Below are positions 1-17,695 of a stretch of DNA of 64,000 nucleotides, one piece after another. A program made the translations under genes and the position numbers. This DNA is from Paraspadella gotoi (lineage: Eukaryota > Animalia > Chaetognatha). The stretch's first letter is position 1; the number at the start of each line of letters is the position of its first letter. The notes under the pieces were generated by a model. That model did not search any database and was not told where the DNA came from. It worked only from the letters and a program-made list of their open reading frames with translations. Location of the stretch: positions 8,022,606-8,086,605 of the forward strand of contig CM119266.1 in NCBI GenBank assembly GCA_051294375.1. The letters run 5' to 3'.

Positions 1-379
1 TTACAAATACGAATTTATGAAACAATTACCTGGAAAAATAAAATACAATTCAACGTGAATTCTTCTTGTCACGTTTTTTTCTAAAAATATTACGAAACAC
101 CCGCCAGAATTAGAAGAAAAACTCGTTTGGCTTCAATTTTTTAAGACACAAAGACTCGTTCGCTAATTAGGAGAGATTACGTGAGCTTTAAACGACCACC
201 ACAAATTAAATCTCCCAAAAGGGTTCGATGGTCTGCGACGCATTGTCTTTGTGAGGGACGTCTCGATCAAATACATATACAGAAAAAAAGAATTGATCAG
301 TCTGACGCTATGTTACAGTGTAACATAAATTACTTTACAAAGCGCACTATAGAATATTTAGGTAGATTAACTCATTAAT

Positions 380-1893
380 TGGGGATGAGCATCGTTTCTA
401 AACAACTCATTGTTTTATATCAAATTTGGTAGCGTTCGATAGACAATTGCAAACATTATCTACATGCATAATTCCATCATAATCCGACAATCCGTTCAAA
501 AGTAATCGCCAAAAAGCAATCGCAAAAATCGCTCTTCAAACCGATCAACTTTCCTTTAAAATCGAGCTCGTTTTGATCCAACAAAGATTAGTACTATGCG
601 TAGTACTAAGCTTTAGAACCGGCGCACAGTGAGATCCTGGGCCTGAATTTTTCAAGAAAATCCCTTTCAGTTAAAAATAAATTTTTATTATATACGAATT
701 ATAAAAATAATTTTTAAAAAAATTATTTGAATATTAAAATAATTAAAATATATTTTTTATAATTTTAAATAAATAAAATAAAATTATTTTATAATAAAAT
801 ATATATATTATCAGATTATATAATAATAATAAAATAATAATAATAATAATAATAAAAATAATAATTATAATTAAAAAATAAAATTAAAAAATAAAATATT
901 TTTATTTTATTTATTATTATTATTTTATTATTATTATTATTTTATTATTATTATTATTATTATTATTATATTATTATTATTATTATATTATTATTATTAA
1001 AATTAAAAAATTAAAATTTTTTAAAATTTATTATATTTAATATAATTATTATATTTTATTAAAATTAAAATTTTATTTTAATCTTATATTTTTTAATTAT
1101 ACCATGATAAAAAAAACTCGCAGTTTAAAAAAATTAGTTAATTTTATTGTAAAATATATTTTTTTATACATATATATAATATATAGTACTACCTTTCTCA
1201 GATTAAATAAAAAAATATTTTTAAAACTATAATTTTATTTATATAAATATTTTTATATATTATATAATAATATAAAAAAATTTAAAATTTATTTTTCTAG
1301 CATTTGGGACTCACAAGCAACACTGTGCGACGATTTTTGTTTTTAATAAGTTTTTATTGGACTTTTTTAAAATTTTGCATTATATTGAGAAAACGCTTTT
1401 GAATTAAGCCCGCGCTCTACCTGATTTGAATAGTAAAATCAATACAGTTTCTGTCAATTGTGTTCAAAATTGAAAAAAATGAAGGCTTGACTATGCAGTT
1501 TTCACCTAAAAAACCAGTTCATTTGATTGCTTTATCAAGCAATTAAGATTGCAAGAATTTTAATTTTGCTTTTTTTTCATCATGTAGAGAAGACAATAAG
1601 GTTTCAGAAACTGTACTAATATGTATGATTTGGTCTTTTTTACTCAAGAGCCAGGAGGTTTTCTTGGAATAGGGAAAAAACGACCTGACCAGTCTATTTA
1701 AATACCATTTTTTGGGCATGATAAATTGGGAATTTCGATCGCGCTCTACCTCCATTGGCTTCCCAAGACGCCAAGCTTTCGAAATCTGCCCATATTGATA
1801 TAATTTTTTTGGGCCGTGACTATGCAGTTTTGAATAGAAGTGAAATATAAAGGAATCTGATCGGAGCTTCGATTCGAACGATGCTCATCTCTA
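380..1893. mobile_element. Non-autonomous hAT-like DNA transposon (MITE-like)
   Basis: 17-bp terminal inverted repeats TGGGGATGAGCATCGTT (380) and AACGATGCTCATCTCTA (ends 1893), 15/17 match; CATTAAT on both flanks (373-379, 1894-1900); internal repeats CGCGCTCTACCT and GACTATGCAGTTTT twice each; no transposase ORF. Confidence 0.7.
625..1327. mobile_element. Non-autonomous Transib/RAG-like element nested in the hAT-like element
   Basis: Begins CACAGTG, ends CACTGTG; flanked by CGGCG and CGACG (4/5 duplication, CGNCG type); interior is almost pure A/T and sharply bounded by these ends. Confidence 0.6.
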
Positions 1894-3424
1894 CATTAAT
1901 ACAAATCTTACGTAAATCGAGATACGTACAACGTGAGCAATTTGTCTCACGTGTTTTTTTTTTCTTCAAAAAACTCGTTTCTTTTCGCTCGAAAGAAAAT
2001 TTTCAGACGTCGGATTCATGAAAGGAAAATCGTCAATCGTGACATGCACGATACTCAGGTTAAAAATGAGAATCAAATAATAATCGAATATCAATTAGGC
2101 AATATTCCCTAGACGTTTTCGGTGAAGAGAGCCAGGGGCGTTCAGACGGGTAGACACCGAGAACGCCCGTGCTCTTAGTGGTCCCGGGAAAAGCTTATGG
2201 GACTGAAAAGCATAAGAGAAATAATAGTTTTTATTTTTGTATCAGTACAAAATCTTAAAACACATAAAATTTATATATAATACGGGACACAAACTTTATT
2301 CTTGCTAAGTTGTTTAGTTAATAGCAAGATGGACCCGCCATTTCTTTTCACGCCACTCAGTCGAGTAATGCTTATTATTCATTTGTTGTCCGAAAATCGA
2401 AACGGCTCATCGTGTCGACCAAATCCCGTAATGTATTGAAAATTGTCGCCGTCGGATTCGTTGTAATTATTAACTTCTGCGATCGTTGATCTCATACTAG
2501 TACTCATACTAGTCATAGTAACGAATGATGTAACGAAGTCACATTTTCAATAAACGGACCACAGTTCGAAACTTTAAAAAAAAAACCTGTTTTAAGGGAA
2601 GTAATTTAATGATTGCGTAAACGCAGTCGAGTTCCCACAAGAAAATATTTACTTAGTAATGTTGTAACTTGTAAGTAAGTCACCGCTGCCGGGTAATTAA
2701 GATCAGGAATGTTGATCGCCGGATGACGGCCAGGCTTTGAACTTTGAAGACCAAGAAAGTCACGCTTTTTTGTCGAGACAAAGAAAAAAAAAACCTGATC
2801 ACTATCTTTCTTTCCTCCAAATGGTTAACCGTACGTTATGGGTTCTATCACAGCGGGTCCTTTTTTATTATCAAAGCTACCCGTCTCTACGAATTGTATA
2901 GTGTATATAGAGGGATATATAGCGCAAAGTCCACAGGCGAGTTGCCATCAGACGGGGAAATCATTGATGGCAACTGATCCCACTGATGCTTGTTTAACAT
3001 TTAAAACTCTTTTTTCAGCGAATATTTAAAAAAAATACCTTGATTAATCCTTATCTCATTTAAAACTTTAAAACAACGCCATTTTTAATCACATTTTTGA
3101 AAAACGTGACTCGTTGCAAAAAAAAAACAAAAAAAAACTCGTTTATGTTCTAAAACCTGATTTTTTTTTCTTTTTTAGGATTAAAGATTAGATAATCACT
3201 TCTTCTCCCAGACGAAAAAAAAGAAAAGAAATCAGCACGTTTTTAGTGTTTGTTTTTCATGGGATGGTTATTCAATGTTCAATTCTTAATTCATTTACTA
3301 ATGAATTCATTCATTTAGTCTTGCTTTCGTTTTGTTTCTACATACCAATTAATTAATTTATACAATGTTGTCGTCTCCGCAAATGCCATCGACACGTGAA
3401 CCTTTCTTGTTAAAAGATTTTGTA

Positions 3425-3547
3425 ACCTCGCCTCCGGTCATTTTTCTCTGGTCATTTAGTTGACCTTTTCCGACCTCGCCTCCGACCTCGCCTCCGACCT
3501 CGCCTCCGGTCATTTTTCTCTGGTCATTTAGTTGACCTTTTCCGACC
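3425..3547. repeat. Local duplication of about 50 bp with 12-bp CCTCGCCTCCGA subrepeats
   Basis: Two copies of CCTCGCCTCCGGTCATTTTTCTCTGGTCATTTAGTTGACCTTTTCCGACC separated by 12-mers. Confidence 0.85.
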
Positions 3548-4118
3548 AGACTTTTTAGAGTTTTTTTTAGAAAATAATAAAAAATTTTTACACTTTTCAC
3601 TAACAGAAACAGATGCGACTATCATCTTTAACTAAAGAGTAAGTGATTTTTCTTACAATCGCTAAATTTCGCTGTGAGTGATTTCATAAACTGCTTTCGA
3701 GTCCCCCAAAGTCACAGATAATCACCCATCACTCATCACTCATCGCCTTTGGTAAACCTCTCTGGAGCATCGGGTGAAACTGCCGTAATTAAAGTCACGC
3801 AAATCCGAGATTTTACTAAATAAATCCGAGATTAGTCGAGGAAAAATTCGTCGGGTTTGTTTGTTTGTTTTTCGTTTGATCTTTTGCGTCGAAGGCTAAA
3901 CTCAGTCGCCCGAAATCCGATCACAAATCCAAACAGCGAAGGTCGGGGGGGGGAGAGAGAGGGGGAGAGAGAGGGAGGGGAGAGTAGAGGGAAGGAAGGG
4001 CAGAATAGGGAGGGATGTAGGGAAGTTAAAGGGAGAGAGGGAAAGGGAGGAAGATGAAGGAGAGAAGGAGAAGGGATCGAGTGGGGAAGAGGGAATCGAG
4101 GAGGGGATGAGGGGAGAG

Positions 4119-4182
<64 letters not shown>

Positions 4183-4758
4183 AGAGAGCAAAGAGAGAAA
4201 TTCGAGAGGAAAATGGAAATGAAAAGATGAGAAAGGAGAAAAGTAAAGAAAAAAGAAAAGAATATTTGAAAAGGAAATAAATGTTATTATTATAATTGAT
4301 ATAATATAGAAAGAAAGTCGGGTTTGTTCAAAGATTTTGCTAGAAAAGTTTTAAACAAGTTTTTGCAACAAAGCTTAGCAATTAGAGTTTTGTGTCCAGC
4401 AAAACTTAGCAAAAATATTTTGCTGCAAAGTTTCGTCAGGAACTCTGGCTAAAAGGGGCGAGCGATAGATATCAAATAAAAGCGAATGTAATGTAAGAAC
4501 AAAGAGAGAAAAGAAGTATGTAATTCAGAACGAGAAGCGAATCTATAAAGGAAGGATGTAATTGGAAGAGTGGAAAGAATCGGTCAATGGTTGGCCGAAA
4601 GTCGAAACACAATGGGAGAGACGAAAAAAATAAGACTGAGAATTTTTTTTTTTTTTTTGCTGTTTCAAATTACAGATTTTAGATTCGCAAATAATTGTGG
4701 TAGGAAATACGGTTATAGAGAATAGCTAAAACAAAAATCCTTGCAAAAAAAAAAGCAT

Positions 4759-4821
4759 GGTAAGGGAATCGAACTCGGGACAAATTTTCCCAGTTCCCTG
4801 CGTCTAATCCAAGAAGCCAAG
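4759..4821 (-). pseudogene. Degenerate tRNA-like or SINE head remnant
   Basis: Minus strand has A-box-like TGGCTTCTTGG and B-box GAGTTCGATTCCC at tRNA-like spacing, but no intact cloverleaf. Confidence 0.35.
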
Positions 4822-4850
4822 AATTAAACAACGTCATCATAGTTGTTTCG

Positions 4851-4961
4851 TTATATTATATTATATTATATTATATTATATTATATTATATTATATTATA
4901 TTATATTATATTATATTATATTATATTATATTATATTATATTATATTATATTATATTATAT
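4851..4961. repeat. (TTATA)n microsatellite
   Basis: About 22 perfect pentamer units, flanked by two copies of AACAACGTCATCNTNGTTGTTT. Confidence 0.95.
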
Positions 4962-6373
4962 AACAACGTCATCGTCGTTGTTTTAGTAATCAATTCGACA
5001 TTTAGTGCAGCATTCAATGATCAAAAGAAGGGATGTGCAAACGATGTTCACAATCACATACAGATTTAACAATACGATATCTATCTTTCTATCATCACAA
5101 ACGACTAAAGTTTGTCTTAACGATGCAAGAAAATCCTAGTAACTCGTAAGCGAATGATTAATAAAATATTGCAAAAAAGTCGGAATTCTTCGGAAAGGTT
5201 TTTCTTCGTAATGGATTTATGATGACTCGTCGCTTAGCAACGGTGATCAAGAACAAAGGGAAGGAAGATTGAAGAAAAGAAATGTGATTGAAATGGTTTG
5301 GAGTGAAAAAAGATTGTTGAAAGAAGGAGAGATTTGAAGGAAACGGATTGAACAAGTGAGAGTGTGAGACTAAGTAAAGAAATCATACTGGATTGAATGA
5401 AAGTACTGAAAATGATATTTTAAAAAAGGACTTGGGTACAATTCGTCGAATGAAACAAAAAAATTTGTTAAAAAAACAAATAATAGCAAGGAAAATTACT
5501 TTACTATCTACTATATGGTCGATTAGATACTCGATACTATTCTCCATTAAAATTGACTTTATTTATATTCAGATCCACGAATGAAAAAAAAAATTTTCAC
5601 AAAGGGAAATGTGATGTTTGAAACTTTCGAAACGCTAAAACGATGAATACCGAGTATCCGAATTTAAGGAACAACTCGGGTTCTGATTGGACAATGGACT
5701 CGACATCTGATTGGTTCGAAATGTCGCTCAACGGGACCAATGAGCGTCTTTTTCAAAACGATTATTGCGAAAAGGAGAGATTGTTGGTGAGTTGGGAAAA
5801 GGGAGAGTAGGAGAAATTATGTCTAAGGAAGGTTCTTGAAGATGAAGAAAAGTATAAGCAGGTGCCAGGAGGTGCAGGGGACTTTAGAGAGGAATAGACA
5901 GGTGCATGGAAAAGCCCGGGTTATGGAAAGCGAGATTGAAAGTGTTTAAGATAATTCGGAAAGGTCAGTTGTGGAAAAGAAAACTAACAGATAACATACT
6001 AACCATAAAGGCGGAACAAGGTAAAAACTAATTTTTAAAGGATTTTTCCCTTATTTGACCCATTTATCATGGAAATATAGAAAAACGCATTATACTTTGT
6101 GTAGATAAATTTTTATGGGCTCTCTGAATCCGTTCTTAAAAAATAAAACTATTAAAAAAAATTGTTTTCATTACTTATGTATTAATAAGGCTTCAATGTT
6201 ATACTGTGTTTCACTAGTTAAAATGAGTGATAGTAAATATTTATTAAGTATACGAGGGACAAATGAATTTCATATTAAAGAACTCCTCATGATAAAAAGT
6301 GATCAATTTTGGGCCGCCTTACTAACCAAATTCTCTTCCATCATATTCCTCACCCTTTTTTCCTCTTCCACAG

Positions 6374-8898
6374 AATCCAGAACTGTTCGTCCACTACTAC
6401 GGCTGCGAATCCCTGGCCGAGTGGTACGACTTCTACTACGACCTCCACGGGCCAATCGCCTTCTTCATCTGTCTCTTCGGCGTCGCCGCTAACGCGGCCA
6501 ACATCGTCGTCCTTTCAAGGTTGGTTGTCGTTGTCGTTGCTGTTTTGGTTCTTTGCTTGTCTCCCAATCAATAATTATTCTCTGCTATGTTAGGTATAGC
6601 TTCCTCTCCTTGCATTGGATGTTCTTTTCTTTATCGGATTCCATTACTTTTAACTGTTATGCAACATTGTCTTTTATGCTGTCATCGCCATTGCATACCT
6701 TCGTTGCAGATGGTCGAGTTCATCGTCCCCAACGAACTCCATCCACATCATTGTCATTGCAATTTTGCCCTTTCATTGCCTCCCCTCGTTGCAGACGGTC
6801 GATGTCCTCTTCCCCAACGAATTCCATTCTCTGCGGACTCGCTGTCGCCGATTTTTTCAAGATGGGAATTTATCTCGTTTTCTCTGTTTACTATTGGGGA
6901 TCAGGTGAGTGACGCTCGTTACGGAACACACGATACCGTAATTAAATAATCTATGCCGTAAAGATTTATACAGTGTACTTGATTCGGGCCTTGAGAGATA
7001 AAATTATTATAAATGTTGTTTATATTACTATATACTAAGAATACCTCAAAACTTTTAAATCAATTATAAATAAATAACATAAGGTAACATGGATAATTTT
7101 ATATTGGTTCTACCAATATCATGAAACGTTATCATTACGCATTTTTATTTCTCAGCCAAATGGGCTCCGTGGAAAGGTAAGTCGCCGCAGCAAATGTCAA
7201 ATGTCAAATATCGATTATAAAATGTTAAAACGAGTTAAAATATAGATTTTTTTCGGGGCTTTTATTCTTTGCTTTGTTAATTTGTTTTTTTATTTGAGTC
7301 GGTCGCTTTATAAAATGTAGTTCCGTTGCACTTCATGGTTGATGTACACTAACTGCGGCGATTTTAGCTAAAGTTGAAAACGTAAACTTTTTATTTAATT
7401 GCATGACACGGATTTAGTTAAAAAATCGTTTTGTATGGTATGAAAGAACAGTTTAGATAGCCTTTAAACGAATTTTAAATAAATATTCTGCTATTGAGCG
7501 TTAGATATTTTTAATTAAACATGTTTATTGCCAGCCTTGATTGTAATGCTCTGGTAATGCTCTAGTACTTTTAGGAAAAGCTTAATAATGTTTTCCCTTT
7601 GGTTTTAAAACTTGAAAACGTCTAAAATTCTCATTTTCCCACGGTCGTTCACATTCGGTTTCAGCCTTGAATCAAGAGACGAACCCGTCTTGGGATTCCT
7701 TCTGGCGAAGATGGAAACTATTTCACTTCACATCTTCTCTCACTCTTCACAACGTCTCCATCTATTTCACGCTGCTTCTCGCGACATTCAGATACATTTG
7801 CATCAAATTTCCCACTCGAGGTGAGATTATTAACGACAGGATAGACTATCACTAAGAGGTGAGACTGTCACTAAGAGAGGGTAGCTGATAAGGGTTAAGT
7901 AAAAATAATTCGCCTCAATTATATTTTTTCGTTGGCATCAAAAGTTTGGTTTTGGCAGAAACGGAAGAGACGACGTTCGCCTCCAGCGGCGCTAATTTTG
8001 GTTTACAATGAAACACAAATTGTGAAATAAAAAAGAAAATAGAAAAGAAGAAATTGAATTCGGAAGATTTAGCTTAGGGAAGTTGGTAATGGCAGTTTTG
8101 TGAAACGAAGATAAAACTTCATAATTTGAAAAATAAAATTAAAAACAAAATATAAAATAAAATAAAATAACGTTTACGAGAGCGACTCGAGCTTTTTAAG
8201 TGCGCTGCGAGTCACATCCGGGGCCAGTGAATTAAAAGAGAAATAGTCGCTGCAAAAAAAAAAAAAGAATAAACAAACTAGTAAATCCAAATGATTTAAA
8301 AAACGAATAGAAAATTTTATATTTCGAATTATTAAACCAACACAATTTTTTTTTCAAATTCCATTTATTTACTTACTTAACCGTTCCTTCCCTCCTTCCA
8401 TCCCCCACCACGCCCCCCTTCCACAGGCCCGGCGTTCGTCACTCTCCATCGATCTCGTGTCTCCATGATTCTCCTGACGATTTTGACTTTTTTCTTTTGC
8501 CTCCCAAATTATTGGATGTCGCTCGGATATTGGCTCAAACTGCAAGAGGCCAACCAATTGCAACCCGGGGTGAGTTCAATTTCGATAAAAGAGTCGAGAG
8601 GCCAACCGATGGTAATCTTTGGTAAGTTCAAAAACGAATCGCGAAAGGGCGAAACGATTGCGTATTTGAGAGTAAGTGAGAGATTGATTTTTTCCCATGC
8701 GGGGAATCGAACCTCGGCCGCGGCGGTGAGAGCGCCGAATCCTGACTACTAGACCACATGGGAACGGTACTTTCATAGTTTAAACAAACGAAATTCATGA
8801 AAAGGTCGTCATAGTTGAGAACAGATAGAAGTTTTACGGTCATAAATGTTCGCGCTCTCTCTCTCTCCCTCGCTCGCTCTCTCTCGCTCGCTCGCTCG

Positions 8899-8953
<55 letters not shown>

Positions 8954-8977
8954 CTTCTCTCTCTCTTCTCTTCTTCT

Positions 8978-9041
<64 letters not shown>

Positions 9042-11560
9042 AAAAACCCGCCCACGTCCTCCGATCGGAAACGCCTCTTCATCGTCTCTCTTCTTTTGTT
9101 TTCTCTTCAGATTTCAAACTCGTCGGAGAAATCCTCCTCCTCCTCCTCCTCCTCCACCCCATCCCCAATAACCACGTCTTCCCCACATATCAACGCCACG
9201 CCAACGCCAGATATCAACGCCACGCCAACGCCACATCTCGACCCCACTCCGGCGCCAATTCCCGCTCCATTCGACGATTCCGTCATAGAAAAAGTCAACT
9301 TTTGGGTTCAAGCGATTTTCTTTAAAATCATCCCATCGTTTTTGTTGACGGTTAGATTAATTAGGATTTTTAACCGTTTATTTATATTTACTTAAATATA
9401 TTTTATATTTTTGTTTATTTATTGATTGATTTATATATTTTTTTAGTTTATTTAGCTAATTTATTGAATTATTTATCTATTGATTTATTAACTAAATGAC
9501 AAATTAGCTTCAATTATTTATTTATTTTTTCCATTTTATCTTTCAATAACATTTTTTTTCAATCCATTGAATTAACGTTTTTTAAGGTTATTCTTGAATA
9601 TGGCTCCTATTTTTAGACATTTATATGGAGAATCTCTTTAAATCAACATGAAATGAATCATCAAAGGCAAAAACGATTTTCTATGAATTTTGATGAAGAT
9701 CATATTTTTTTTTAGGATTTCTCCTTCATAGTAATTTTCTTTTTCTCCACCTCGTTAGCTAAGAATATTTTTATCTTTTTTTTAAACTAATCTCACTTTC
9801 TTTACTTTTTTGGTTTTTCATCTTCAAGTCAAAATTGATAATAAAAGCTTTTTTAATTTCAATTGATTTTATTTTTTACATCCTTTTTCCTATGACAGGT
9901 CCTGACGGTTCTTCTAATGAGGGAAATGCACGAAGCGCACAAACGAAGAATGAGGCTTAAAGGCGAGTACAGGGTGACTCAAAATAAAAGAGAAAGAAAA
10001 AAAAACGAAAAAAAAAACGAAAGTCACAACAGTAAAAAGTTGAATAAGGAAAGCGAAAGAAAGAAAAAAGCCAAATAAAGCCTAAAGGTAATTTAAAGGC
10101 AAAAGAAGGAAAAATTGAATCTCGATTGACCCAAAAATTATCCACAAATTTGACTCTCCCTTAACCCACAAATTCCCCAGCCCCGAAAGGCAAATCTGTG
10201 GCTTCTTCTTCTTCTGCCGAAAGCGACCACAATCGAACCAACGCGTTGCTCGTCTCAGTCGTCGTTCTCTTCCTCCTCACGGAACTCCCTCAAGGTTTGC
10301 TTGGTTGGTTGGAAGGATGGTTGGCCGTTTGGTTGATTGGTTTGTTAATAAAGTTGGTTGGTTGTTGAATGGTCGGTAGTTTGGTTAGCTGGTTGGGTTG
10401 TTGGTTGGTTAGTCGTTTTGTTGACTGCTTGGACAAATGGGGCTTGTTATAATTGGTTTTCCTCATTTGGGGGTAGATTCGATTTTAGATTGCTTGATTG
10501 CTACTTTCGGTGATTGATCGATCCATTCACAGGCATACTCTACGTCTGCTCGGGTCTTCTCACCGGATTCTACGAACAAGTGAACATGAACATCGGCGAA
10601 GTCTGCGACCTCCTGGCGCTCGTCAACAACTCCGTCAAACTCATCCTCTACTGCATCATGTCCGCTCAGTTCCGCAACACCTTCAAGGAAGTCTTCTTCC
10701 AGGGGGGATCGCGGTGGAGCCGTTGCGGGAGGTGAAAGGGGGGGGGCGGAGGAGGAGGAGGAGGAGGAAGGGGGTGCTTGAAAAATAAAGAGAACTTGGT
10801 TACAGGAAGAATAATGAGTCTTTTAATGACTATTACAACAATGAATGACAAAAATGGTATAAACTACCTAGTATGTCGGTAATTTGTTCTTTTATCTATT
10901 AATATTTTTTTCAGAGGCCGTAACGTTCCAGAATATGGAGGAGGAAGAGGAAAGGAAGGAAGAGGAAAAGAAGGAAGAGGAAAGGAAGGAAGAGGCGTCG
11001 TCAATGAGATGAAAGTTTTGCTGAAACCCAAATCCAACGGCGTCGAAATTTCCGGCGCTCAAAGCGGCGCTCATTGCGGCGCCGATTCCGGTGCTCACTC
11101 GGGCGCCAAACCACAGAACGGCGCACACGCTGCCCACAATCCGAATGATCACAACGGCGTCGACCACGCCGTCGTATTCAACGGCCGCGCCCGCACTAAT
11201 ACCGACAAAGACGCCGACAAAGCGGACAGTGACGTTACTCTGACCCTGGAAGTTACTTCCTCGACTGGGTTCTGGAGCGCGTCCGGGGACAAATCCGTTT
11301 CCCTCAACGACTCCAGCGCTCCAGTGACCGATCCTATCATCGCCCCAACGACCCGAGAGGAATTTACGACGGATCCTTTGCTCAACAAAATCAATGATTC
11401 TTCGACTTCGTTCAGAGATTCGTCGGTCACACCAAGTGTCGGCCAAGTCGGTCAAGTTCTTCGGGCGTCGGCTCAAGTCCACAACTGCGTGGATTGCGGG
11501 GATGAAGAGGACGCTGATGGACAATGTCGAGACGGTGATGACGTCAGAGAAGAAGGATGA
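6374..11560 (+). CDS. Class A peptide GPCR, myosuppressin receptor/dmsr-like (FMRFamide/sex-peptide receptor superclade); 5' exon not found
   Basis: Phase-consistent exons 6374-6519, 6795-6904, 7156-7176, 7665-7820, 8427-8569, 9111-9350, 9899-9962, 10181-10294, 10533-10731, 10915-11560. Motifs: LHGPIAFFICLFGVAANAANIVVL (TM1), SPTNSILCGLAVAD (TM2), LHNVSIYFTLLLATFRY (TM3), FFKIIPSFLL (TM5), RTNALLVSVVVLFLLTELPQG (TM6), DLLALVNNSVKLILYCIMSAQFRNTF (TM7/H8). Confidence 0.9.
8692..8763 (-). tRNA. tRNA-Glu(CTC), variant copy in a GPCR intron
   Basis: 72-nt TCCCATGTGGTCTAGTAGTCAGGATTCGGCGCTCTCACCGCCGCGGCCGAGGTTCGATTCCCCGCATGGGAA; D-loop GG changed to AG and one T-stem mismatch, so possibly non-functional. 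Confidence 0.8.
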
Positions 11561-12548
11561 TTTCATTTCGCGAATTTTTTAAAACCACATTTCTTAGAAA
11601 TGACGAAATTTCTTAGAAATGACGAAATTTCTTAGAAAGAAGAAACGTGGCATAAAATTTTCACAGGTCGGTTTTCGATTTAAATTGACTAAAATATCTC
11701 GAGAGTCAGCTGAGAATGGATGAATGTACTCCGTAACATACTCTCTTCAGAAAGTACAAGTCAATTGTCCATTTGGAAAATAATAGCGAGATAAAAACTT
11801 TTGATTTATCCATCTATCACATTTTTTTAAAAAGCTCTTAAAAAATTTGAAAAATGAGTCCAGGCTTTGAAGATACATTATAAAACTACCTAATATAGTA
11901 GATTTTAGGTTGAATCATTGATTATAAGTCGGGAAAAATATGTATATGAAATGTGAACACCTTTACATTATCAAAACCTTTCATGTCTTATAATCATGTG
12001 ATTTTTAAAAAAACCTTTTGTTTTGAAATTTTGTTGAAATTGTTAAAAATTACAATTAAAAATTAATAACGCCCTCCACAAAATACGTATTTTAAGTTAA
12101 AATAATCGGTTGTTTTTAATCATTCTTAAGTTTATTTTTAAAGTTGATTAATTTTGTGATCACTATGAAATTTCGGCCAAACGAATTCTAATTAAAAATT
12201 TGTGTGTTTAACTGTATAAGTTATGCTTTTGTTGTAATAAACAAGTGGTTTTTTTTCATTTTGGTGGAAATTAAACAATTCATAAAGCAAATGACGAACA
12301 AGATTTAGAAAGAATTCTTGAAATGACTATATAAAGGTTTTATACTGGATAGATCATTAACTAATTCTTAAATTGATAGCTTATCAAACCAAAATGATTG
12401 TTAACATTTTTGGCGAACAAAATAAGGCGATTTATTACTTGAGGATTTCAAAGCAAAGGAATGAGTCTTCATGGGGCCTTCATAGAAGGGGGGAGTGGAG
12501 TGGAAGGGTCTTCAACACCCCGACCTCAACAGCCCCTTCATAATTCCC

Positions 12549-17695
<5,147 letters not shown>

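Noticed and set aside
3832-4191. Many ORFs reading SLSLSL or RERERE here and elsewhere
   Set aside because: Translations of (CT/AG)n microsatellites.
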